IMG/VR virus record: IMGVR_UViG_3300025834_000005
Reading direction: 5' to 3' (one strand)
DNA length: 64,000 bases
Source: a virus
Shown: piece after piece, positions 47,958 through 54,421 of the stretch
Numbering within the stretch: position 1 is the first letter of the stretch
Layout: every line of letters begins with the position of its first letter
Translations under genes and position numbers: made by a program
Notes under the pieces: generated by a model
What the model saw: the letters and a program-made list of their open reading frames with translations, nothing else
Told to the model about the DNA's origin: nothing
The model's database searches: none

Positions 47958-47967
47958 ATTAAAGATC

Positions 47968-48732
47968 ATGTATTACGTTGTACAGAAGAATGTTTTTAGA
48001 GAAGAAAATTACGATAATTTGATTATCGCTTTGAATCGGTTAGAGTTGCCTTATGAAATCGTTGATGTGCTACCATTCGTAGACACCTTCGAATTCAAGA
48101 CAACCAGAAAGGATGTATTTCCTTTTGGTGCTGTGAAAATGTCGAGAATTGCCAAAGAATTGGACTGGAATCCAGGCTCTCAATTGTGTGACAATCATGA
48201 TTATAACGTATATAGTAAGTATTATAAGGAGAACTTACTTAATTACGATTCAAAGATCATTAAATTCGGTGATGACTTCTTTCAAACAGAAAGGTTCTTT
48301 GCAAGACCAACATTAGATACGAAAGTGTTTACAGGTAAAGTATTCGACATGGGCGAGTGGATTGAATTCAGAGATAATTCCTTTGCCAATGGACATAGCA
48401 CTTTACTGAACGCCGATACAGAAATTCAGATTTCTTCTGTTAAGAACATTCAGAACGAAATAAGATTCTGGATTGTGAAGGGCGAAATCGCCACAGCAAG
48501 TCAGTATTCTCTGGGTGGAAGATTCTGTGTGAATGCAAACGTTGATCAATCGGCATATGACTTTGTAAACAGAATGATAAAGATATTCGAATTAAACGAC
48601 ACCTTTATCATGGATGCATGCCTTGTTAATGGCGAATACAAAATAGTTGAATGCGGTTGCACTAATAGTGCTGGCTTCTACAGAGCAGACATGCAAAAAC
48701 TGCTTATGAAATTGGAAGACGCTTTCAATTAA
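47968..48732 (+). CDS. ATP-grasp-like protein (tentative)
   Basis: 254 aa. FARPTLDTKVFTGKVF, EIRFWIVKGEI, ECGCTNSAGFY resemble phage R2K-type ATP-grasp proteins. From memory only. Confidence 0.45.
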   Translation: MYYVVQKNVFREENYDNLIIALNRLELPYEIVDVLPFVDTFEFKTTRKDVFPFGAVKMSRIAKELDWNPGSQLCDNHDYNVYSKYYKENLLNYDSKIIKFGDDFFQTERFFARPTLDTKVFTGKVFDMGEWIEFRDNSFANGHSTLLNADTEIQISSVKNIQNEIRFWIVKGEIATASQYSLGGRFCVNANVDQSAYDFVNRMIKIFELNDTFIMDACLVNGEYKIVECGCTNSAGFYRADMQKLLMKLEDAFN

Positions 48733-48739
48733 TATAAAT

Positions 48740-48812
48740 TGTTTCGTGGTGTAATTGGTAACACGTCTGACTCTGAATCAGTTGAGTGCAGGTTCGATCC
48801 CTGCCGAAACAA
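48740..48812 (+). tRNA. tRNA-Gln (CUG)
   Basis: U1-A72 acceptor tgtttcg/cgaaaca. Loop ctctgaa. T-arm gcagg-ttcgatc-cctgc. Confidence 0.75.
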
Positions 48813-48823
48813 CTAAACTATAT

Positions 48824-48895
48824 TGCCCTGTTATGTAATGGTTAGCATACGACACTTTGAATGTCGGAGTCATGGTTCGAGTCCATGCAGGGCAA
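48824..48895 (+). tRNA. tRNA-Gln (UUG)
   Basis: Acceptor tgccctg/cagggca. Loop ctttgaa. T-arm catgg-ttcgagt-ccatg. Confidence 0.8.
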
Positions 48896-48904
48896 CATTT
48901 TCAC

Positions 48905-48935
48905 TTGCATGTTATTTAAAAAATAACTACTTTTG
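48905..48935 (+). promoter_or_regulatory. Bacteroidota sigma-A-type promoter
   Basis: cTTGca-N20-TActTTTG. Confidence 0.6.
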
Positions 48936-48948
48936 CATAAAAAATTTT

Positions 48949-49152
48949 ATGAACTCAGAAAAATTATTGCTACAGATTAAGAAAGATTTAACACCGTTAG
49001 ATATTGGGAAGATAATTGTATTACCATGCAAGGGAGACCCAAGGGTACTACAAAATGAAGTATCGTTTGCAATAATGGGAGAGAATGAAGGCATTATTCA
49101 ATATATTGTAACTGTTGAGAAACTTAATAACAAAACCAATGGGAAACTATAA
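48949..49152 (+). CDS. hypothetical protein
   Basis: The ATG at M43 of track ORF 48823-49152 is chosen because the 5' part overlaps tRNA-Gln. Confidence 0.5.
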   Translation: MNSEKLLLQIKKDLTPLDIGKIIVLPCKGDPRVLQNEVSFAIMGENEGIIQYIVTVEKLNNKTNGKL

Positions 49153-49540
49153 CCTATTCCTTGATGATTTTAGATCGCCAGAGGACGCTTTCTATTACAT
49201 GCGCAATAGCGATTATTTGAAACTTGAATGGGTAATCGTTCGAAGTTATAATGAGTTTGTGAGCTATATCGAGAAGAATGGTATGCCAGCTACGATTAGC
49301 TTCGACCATGATCTTGCCGATATTCATTATGAACAACAAACAAATATCAACTATGATAATGCTGACGATGATGAGAAGACTGGATATCATTGCGCTAAAT
49401 GGCTTATCGATTACACAATGGATAACGATGTTGAATTACCAGCATATATGTTGATACATTCAATGAATACAGTTGGTAGCCGAAACATTAAATCATTGTT
49501 TGAAAACTACAAGCATTTTGTAAAAAAAGGAGCATCATAA
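49139..49540 (+). CDS. receiver-like domain protein (possibly the cyclic-phosphate-processing REC family)
   Basis: NLFLDDFRSP...ISFDHDLA...TGYHCAKWL...HSMNTVGSRNI pattern. Recalled from memory, unverified. Confidence 0.45.
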   Translation: MGNYNLFLDDFRSPEDAFYYMRNSDYLKLEWVIVRSYNEFVSYIEKNGMPATISFDHDLADIHYEQQTNINYDNADDDEKTGYHCAKWLIDYTMDNDVELPAYMLIHSMNTVGSRNIKSLFENYKHFVKKGAS

Positions 49541-49556
49541 TGATACTCCTTTTTTG
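49522..49556 (+). terminator. intrinsic terminator
   Basis: aaggag.atca-taa-tgat.ctcctt hairpin plus T6. Confidence 0.65.
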
Positions 49557-49563
49557 TTTATAT

Positions 49564-49577
49564 TAGTATTTATTATA
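49564..49577 (+). promoter_or_regulatory. phage-specific upstream motif (TAGTATTTATTATA)
   Basis: 12 nt upstream of ATG 49589. Confidence 0.5.
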
Positions 49578-49588
49578 AATTTGATATT

Positions 49589-50587
49589 ATGAGTGATAAG
49601 TATAGCAAAAATAGGCTCTTCGAAATGATGGGCAGGGTGGATAATAATTTCAATGAGGAGTCAACAGCCTCTGATGGTGGCTATCATAGTAAGCATGTAA
49701 ATAATCCACAATCAGCTGGAAAAGAAATACAGAATTGGCTAAATGGCATAGGTCAGGAAAAAACAACGCAAATATATTATAGAATGGCTGACGAATTTAG
49801 AGACATAGTAATTGATGACTCTGATCTATCATATATGCGTTCAGAATCGCCTGATGATTTGGATTATGGCTTTGTTGAAGCATTGGCATGTTATAAGCAT
49901 GACTATAATGAGGATAGTCCTTATATGTACTTCGTTAATTTCTTACTAAGCACTAAATATAGATTCAATCCAAAAACCACATTTAGTTATCGTGCAGAAG
50001 ACTTGGATGAGAAAGGTAAAGCTATTTATAATACTCTTTCAAATGGTGATGACCATTATGGTGAATTGTATGAAGATTTGCTTTATGATCAGGCTGAACA
50101 AGATGATAACAATAATGACCGCAACGGTTATGATGAAAGCGTTAAAAAAAGACTCTCAACTATTTTTGAAATTAAAAACATCGAAGCTCAGAGAAATGGT
50201 AAGAAGAAAGTTTTAAACGAAACTAAGCTTTTTGGCATGATTAATAAACTTGAAAGTAAACGCAAGCTCAATGAATGGGGTGATGAAAATGACTCTGATT
50301 ACGAGAATGATTCAAGTAATTATAGTGAACAAGGTGATTATGATGATCACGAGGGCAGTAGCAGCAATTATGGCGCAAATGACCGTGAAGCCGACAATAC
50401 AGATCATATGGATGAGGAATTATCAACAGAAGACCCTCATTTTCAAATAGGGTCTTTGAGACAGAAACTTAACTCTCATTTAGATCAGGTTCAAAGACTG
50501 TTCACTTATCTGGATGAAAAACCTTCAATAGAAGCTGTTAAGGGGTTTGTAGGAAGCGTTCTAAATGGTTGGGAAAAAGAAAAATAA
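49589..50587 (+). CDS. RLFE-leader family protein B (very acidic)
   Basis: N-terminus MSDKYSKNRLFEMMGRVDNNF. 332 aa, D/E/N-rich. Confidence 0.65.
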   Translation: MSDKYSKNRLFEMMGRVDNNFNEESTASDGGYHSKHVNNPQSAGKEIQNWLNGIGQEKTTQIYYRMADEFRDIVIDDSDLSYMRSESPDDLDYGFVEALACYKHDYNEDSPYMYFVNFLLSTKYRFNPKTTFSYRAEDLDEKGKAIYNTLSNGDDHYGELYEDLLYDQAEQDDNNNDRNGYDESVKKRLSTIFEIKNIEAQRNGKKKVLNETKLFGMINKLESKRKLNEWGDENDSDYENDSSNYSEQGDYDDHEGSSSNYGANDREADNTDHMDEELSTEDPHFQIGSLRQKLNSHLDQVQRLFTYLDEKPSIEAVKGFVGSVLNGWEKEK

Positions 50588-50626
50588 AAATATTTTAAAC
50601 TTTTTTGAATTATTTACTATTTATAT

Positions 50627-50656
50627 TTGCAGGTAATAAAAAAAGCATTACCTTTG
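50627..50656 (+). promoter_or_regulatory. Bacteroidota sigma-A-type promoter of leader unit 2
   Basis: ACTATTTATAtTTGca-N19-TAccTTTG. Confidence 0.65.
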
Positions 50657-50709
50657 TACCGAAATTAATATTTACTTCCTTTAGGGAATCAAAAAAAAGA
50701 ATAGAAACG

Positions 50710-50844
50710 ATGAGAAATTTACTTAACATGGCACATTACATAGTCAATTCTAATGGGAATCAAAAGAACATGGAATTATTGGCAGTGGAACAGGTCAACC
50801 TCCTATTATGGGCGGATGAGGATACATTGTGCAATGCTGGTTAA
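50710..50844 (+). CDS. leader peptide 2 (MRNLLNMAHYIVNSNGNQKNMELLAVEQVNLLLWADEDTLCNAG)
   Basis: Conserved AGAAAcgATGAGA context. 21 of 44 codons are Leu/Glu/Ala/Val/Trp/Asp, the identities of the downstream tRNA array. Confidence 0.6.
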   Translation: MRNLLNMAHYIVNSNGNQKNMELLAVEQVNLLLWADEDTLCNAG

Positions 50845-50869
50845 GTAGAGTTTAATAATAATATTAAAT

Positions 50870-50902
50870 AAAACCTCCAGCATACGTGTTGGAGGTTTTT
50901 TG
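50870..50902 (+). terminator. intrinsic terminator (attenuator 2)
   Basis: aacctcca/tggaggtt stem plus T7. 44 nt before tRNA-Asp. Confidence 0.8.
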
Positions 50903-50945
50903 TTTATATGCGTTTTTTGACATGTTGGAATTGAAATTAAAAATT

Positions 50946-51017
50946 GGTGCTGTTGTCCAGTGGTAGGATGACTCGTTGTCTGCGAGAGGGTCGTGGGTTC
51001 GAATCCCATCAGCACCG
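50946..51017 (+). tRNA. tRNA-Asp (GUC), unusual U37
   Basis: Acceptor ggtgctg/cagcacc, G73. Loop ttgtctg. T-arm gtggg-ttcgaat-cccat. Confidence 0.65.
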
Positions 51018-51081
51018 CAAAACGTTTATCGGAAGGTAAACGCAGCAGAGTTTAATAGTAACGTTTTAAAATAACTCTGAT

Positions 51082-51153
51082 AGTTCCGTAGTTTATATTG
51101 GTGTGAATCCACGCAGGGTCGTGGGGTTGCTGGTTCAAATCCAGTCGGGACTG
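51082..51153 (+). tRNA. tRNA-like gene of undetermined identity (6-nt anticodon loop as folded)
   Basis: Acceptor agttccg/cgggact. D-loop has TTGGT. T-arm gctgg-ttcaaat-ccagt. The central arm ccacg-cagggt-cgtgg does not give a canonical loop. Confidence 0.35.
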
Positions 51154-51211
51154 CTTTAGCATTATGAGAGTACTTACCCTTAAGGTATGCCAACCTAAAT
51201 TGCTTTTTTAT

Positions 51212-51286
51212 ACTATCATAGGGGAGTTGGTCGTCCCTGCAAGCCTGTCACGCTTGAGATCACGGGTTCGAATCCCGTTGGTAGTG
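51212..51286 (+). tRNA. tRNA-Asp (GUC)
   Basis: Acceptor actatca/tggtagt, G73. Loop ctgtcac. T-arm acggg-ttcgaat-cccgt. Confidence 0.7.
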
Positions 51287-51318
51287 CGAGTTTCATAAAC
51301 GATATGAAACATTTAGAT

Positions 51319-51393
51319 GCCGCTGTTGACAAATTGGAATAAGTCACCACCCTTTCAAGGTGGATATTGCGAGTTCGAACCTCGTCGGCGGTA
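51319..51393 (+). tRNA. tRNA-Glu (UUC)
   Basis: Acceptor gccgctg/cggcggt. Loop ctttcaa. T-arm gcgag-ttcgaac-ctcgt. Confidence 0.7.
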
Positions 51394-51402
51394 CAAATTT
51401 AT

Positions 51403-51483
51403 GGCTTAGTGGTGGAACGGTATACACAGTAGTTTCAAAAGCTACCGCCACACGGCATGAGAGTTCAAATCTCTCCTGAGTCA
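51403..51483 (+). tRNA. tRNA-Leu (CAA), long variable arm
   Basis: Loop ttcaaaa. Variable arm gcc-acac-ggc. T-arm gagag-ttcaaat-ctctc. Confidence 0.75.
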
Positions 51484-51488
51484 CATAT

Positions 51489-51564
51489 GCTTCTTTCGCT
51501 TAGTTGGTTTTAAAGCGTCTGTTTTACACACAGAAGACCGATGGTTCGAATCCATCAAGAAGTA
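51489..51564 (+). tRNA. tRNA-Val (UAC)
   Basis: Acceptor gcttctt/aagaagt. Loop tttacac. T-arm gatgg-ttcgaat-ccatc. Confidence 0.75.
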
Positions 51565-51573
51565 CAATTACAA

Positions 51574-51660
51574 GGCCTCGTGATGAAATTGGCAGTACAT
51601 AGCAGACTTAAAATCTGCTGCTCTGAGAAGGGCGTGTGGGTTCGAAGCCCATCGAGGTCA
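51574..51660 (+). tRNA. tRNA-Leu (UAA), long variable arm
   Basis: Loop cttaaaa. 17-nt variable region. T-arm gtggg-ttcgaag-cccat. Confidence 0.75.
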
Positions 51661-51670
51661 CAAATTATAT

Positions 51671-51743
51671 GGATCGGTAGACCAACGGTAGAGTCAGTAG
51701 CCTTAGAAACTATTCAGTGAGGGTTCGAATCCCTCTCGATCTA
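51671..51743 (+). tRNA. tRNA with anticodon UAG (Leu codons), Leu-like D-arm but only a 5-nt variable loop
   Basis: D-arm gac-caacggtaga-gtc. Loop cttagaa with a C-A mismatch at the closing pair. T-arm gaggg-ttcgaat-ccctc. Confidence 0.55.
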
Positions 51744-51754
51744 CAATATTTAAT

Positions 51755-51843
51755 GGGGAATTGGTGGAATTTGGTAGACACGCTTGTCTAAGAAGCAAGT
51801 GCGAAATAATAGTAGCGTGTGAGTTCGAGTCTCACATTCCTCA
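51755..51843 (+). tRNA. tRNA-Leu (AAG, A34), long variable arm
   Basis: Loop ctaagaa. 19-nt variable region. T-arm gtgag-ttcgagt-ctcac. Confidence 0.65.
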
Positions 51844-51931
51844 CGCAATCAATGGGAACGCATGTGCTAAGCAGATGGGAATCAGACAGGGAGCATGCCA
51901 AGAATCTTGTACAGGGTTGGAGATTCATTTA
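51844..51931 (+). ncRNA. unassigned structured spacer inside the tRNA array (two hairpins)
   Basis: gcatg(t)..catgc stem (51860-51898) and gaatct-N13-agattc stem (51902-51926). No cloverleaf could be folded. Confidence 0.3.
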
Positions 51932-51932
51932 T

Positions 51933-52006
51933 GGGGTCGTAGCTTAATTGGCTAAAGCACTTGATTTGCACTCAAGAGAGTGAGGGTTCGATGCCCTTCG
52001 ACTCCA
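51933..52006 (+). tRNA. tRNA-Ala (UGC) with G3:U70
   Basis: Acceptor ggggtcg/cgactcc gives G3-U70. Loop tttgcac. T-arm gaggg-ttcgatg-ccctt. Confidence 0.8.
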
Positions 52007-52034
52007 CTGATAATCAGGAGATTATCTATTTCAC

Positions 52035-52107
52035 ACGCATGTACCAGAGCGGCTAATGGCACAGCTTCCAACCCTGATGTTCGTGGGTTCGAGTCCTACC
52101 ATGCGTG
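52035..52107 (+). tRNA. tRNA-Trp (CCA), weak anticodon stem
   Basis: A1-U72 and G73, as in bacterial tRNA-Trp. Loop ttccaac. T-arm gtggg-ttcgagt-cctac. Only 3 Watson-Crick pairs in the anticodon stem. Confidence 0.55.
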
Positions 52108-52111
52108 CCTT

Positions 52112-52156
52112 AAGAATAAATGTTGCAAATTTTTGTAACATTTATTCTTTTTTTTC
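52112..52156 (+). terminator. strong intrinsic terminator ending the tRNA array
   Basis: 13-bp stem aagaataaatgtt/aacatttattctt plus T8. Confidence 0.85.
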
Positions 52157-52176
52157 GTATAATTAAGAAAAACAAT

Positions 52177-52422
52177 ATGCGTGATCATAGGGAAATAATA
52201 AATGAATGCTGTGCTGATGTTAATTGCGAAGGTATAATTGAGATCGCTGAATCAGCAATAGGAAAAGCATTAAAAGAATATAATGATGAAATTGTTGAAA
52301 CGCTTCAGAATGCCTCAAATCTTTACACTGTTATTGACGGCAATTACGTTATCCAGAAAATGGATTTAGATCACATAATTGCAGACTTGGAATACAATAC
52401 TAAATTTAAATTATATGAATGA
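52177..52422 (+). CDS. hypothetical protein
   Basis: ATG (M20 of the track ORF) chosen because the 5' part lies inside the terminator. Confidence 0.5.
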   Translation: MRDHREIINECCADVNCEGIIEIAESAIGKALKEYNDEIVETLQNASNLYTVIDGNYVIQKMDLDHIIADLEYNTKFKLYE

Positions 52423-52588
52423 ACTTTTTAGTTTCCTAAACCAACAAAATGTCGATAGATTGATCGGCTATAGTTTTGTTTTCTTGGTGTCATTATATCT
52501 TATCACTGAATGTGTATCGGTTATTTTCAGATCAGCGTTTGCCGCTATTAGGCGTTCAAGAGTGGAAAAACCAAAAACAGAAAAATAA
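52415..52588 (+). CDS. small membrane protein
   Basis: ATGAATGA overlap with the upstream stop. Hydrophobic helix LIGYSFVFLVSLYLI. Confidence 0.5.
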   Translation: MNELFSFLNQQNVDRLIGYSFVFLVSLYLITECVSVIFRSAFAAIRRSRVEKPKTEK

Positions 52589-52591
52589 TAT

Positions 52592-53527
52592 TTATAAAGA
52601 AAATCCTTTTGATGATGACTTAGTGCCATTTAATACATGATAAATCGATGTTTCGTCTAATTTATGATCTTTACAAAATAGTTTTACACTGGCAAAAGTA
52701 TATTGTAAGTTATCACGATAAAGTATATATTCTTTTCCATGATCTATTTCTATGCGATTTCTCAACTCTGATAGTGAAAAATTTTGTTTATTGAAAGCAG
52801 TCCAACCATTAAGAAACGTCATTTTTAATGTTCTTAAATATAGAGGCATCATCATTTTAGCGTTTAATTTATGTGATTTACAAAATTCAGTGAAATTAAT
52901 TACCCTGTGAAATTTATTATCAGTTAAATTGTAAAAAATATAATTATACCATTTTTTACATAAAGAATATTTTATCTTAACATCTGCATAGTATTTGTCA
53001 TTATTTATAATCGTACTAATTGTTGGCGAGGACAGATTATAATATTTAGAAATTTCACGATAATTTAATCCGTTGTTATATTTATCAAAAATACTAATTA
53101 TATTTAAATCGGTTAAATTTTGCTTGGAATCTGATATTGCTTTTTTATGGCTATCCCTCATTTTTCCTGAATTAACAATACCTGCTAATGGCGTCGAGTT
53201 ATATCCGTTGTTATATGATTCATATTTATCTATATAATATTGTTCCCTAATCTGCGAATTATTTTTTGTTATTTCTTCAAATAGTATGAATTCCCATTTA
53301 CTAAAATCGCATTCGTATTTATTAAATGAGCGTTGTAATTTTTCGGAATGGTGCGAATTAGTCCTTAAATTGTAAATATGTCTCGCAATTCTTATATACA
53401 CGCCAAGTTTATTTATTGTCGATCCTATGTAATATTTGTTAGTAATCATATTTCTAATTCCATAAACATATGGCTTATTTTTATTATCAGCAGTAATACA
53501 TTCAATATTTATATTTCGTATGTTCAT
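52592..53527 (-). CDS. GIY-YIG homing endonuclease
   Basis: VYGIRNMITNKYYIGST (GIY-x10-YIG), R..H, REQYYIDKY, NGYN. C-terminal helix-turn-helix YREISKYYNLSSPTIS. Confidence 0.8.
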   Translation of the reverse strand: MNIRNINIECITADNKNKPYVYGIRNMITNKYYIGSTINKLGVYIRIARHIYNLRTNSHHSEKLQRSFNKYECDFSKWEFILFEEITKNNSQIREQYYIDKYESYNNGYNSTPLAGIVNSGKMRDSHKKAISDSKQNLTDLNIISIFDKYNNGLNYREISKYYNLSSPTISTIINNDKYYADVKIKYSLCKKWYNYIFYNLTDNKFHRVINFTEFCKSHKLNAKMMMPLYLRTLKMTFLNGWTAFNKQNFSLSELRNRIEIDHGKEYILYRDNLQYTFASVKLFCKDHKLDETSIYHVLNGTKSSSKGFSL

Positions 53528-53538
53528 AATTAATCTTT

Positions 53539-53550
53539 AATATAAATACG
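53539..53550 (-). promoter_or_regulatory. phage-specific upstream motif (sense CGTATTTATATT)
   Basis: 12 nt upstream of ATG 53527. Confidence 0.5.
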
Positions 53551-53590
53551 TATAAAATTTCTAAAAATAAAGACTATTGAAAAATAATGT

Positions 53591-53621
53591 TTGTAAATGC
53601 AAAAAAAAATACATATCTTTG
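53591..53621 (+). promoter_or_regulatory. Bacteroidota sigma-A-type promoter
   Basis: gTTGta-N20-TAtcTTTG. Confidence 0.55.
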
Positions 53622-53646
53622 CATTCAAATAAAAAAAATATGACTT

Positions 53647-54333
53647 ATGCTTATATTGAGTAACGGCAAGAAAGATTATTATGATGGTGTTGTTCAAACG
53701 ACAGGTATTGATAAAACAATCGTTTATAACAGGCATCAAAATGATATCGAAAACTCGTTTAAGGATTACAAAAACCTACCAAAGGATTTGATTAAACTTG
53801 TTGAAGGTATCACAGCTTTCAATATCGATCTTAAGAAAACCACAATCGAATTTCAGGGGATATATGTGATTGCTTTTTGTGGCAAAATGCATGTATTATG
53901 GCATCTATTAAATAAAACATCATTCAACGATGTTAATCCTGAATCAATCTTCACATATAATTTAAATGATGTGAAGGGTATTGTTAAAACCATTGCATGG
54001 CATCAACAGGGAGACGTTACAGAGGCTTATAAAGCCATTACTAATTACGACCCTATGAGTCTTCATCGTTTACATAATACGCCTGTATTCGCCATTAATA
54101 CGTCATTCGGAAGATATGGCGGACGTGACTCAAACTTTATTATAAATCCTATATTGAAACCCTACAGATTTTATAAGGTTTTCAATTCCTTCGCAGCTTT
54201 ACAGGAAATTCAGATGTTTATCTCTGGTGTATTAGGCACAAATGAAAATAGTATCATTGAATTAAGTGATCAATCAAAAATAGCAAAACATGGATTCGAC
54301 AAAAACTCCTTTAGAAAAGAAAAAAGAACCTGA
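53647..54333 (+). CDS. hypothetical protein
   Basis: 228-aa ORF downstream of a host-type promoter. Confidence 0.6.
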   Translation: MLILSNGKKDYYDGVVQTTGIDKTIVYNRHQNDIENSFKDYKNLPKDLIKLVEGITAFNIDLKKTTIEFQGIYVIAFCGKMHVLWHLLNKTSFNDVNPESIFTYNLNDVKGIVKTIAWHQQGDVTEAYKAITNYDPMSLHRLHNTPVFAINTSFGRYGGRDSNFIINPILKPYRFYKVFNSFAALQEIQMFISGVLGTNENSIIELSDQSKIAKHGFDKNSFRKEKRT

Positions 54334-54390
54334 TAATTGCTGCGGTAAGACCGCTAATGCGATTGAACAGAGAAAGAATAATAAAGCAAT

Positions 54391-54421
54391 AAAAAAGGGA
54401 AGCTAAGTGCCTCCCTTTTTT
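54391..54421. terminator. bidirectional intrinsic terminator
   Basis: A6-gggaag-ctaagtg-cctccc-T5 between convergent genes. Confidence 0.6.

Noticed and set aside
50917-50945. TTGACA...TAAAAA sigma-70-like promoter between terminator 2 and tRNA-Asp
   Set aside because: The spacer is only about 15 nt, and every convincing promoter in the island follows the Bacteroidota TTG/TAnnTTTG rule. It is kept only as an alternative that would undermine the attenuation model.
51844-51931. A missing tRNA in the 88-nt gap of array 2
   Set aside because: No acceptor pairing, T-arm or anticodon arm could be folded on either strand. It is reported only as a structured spacer.
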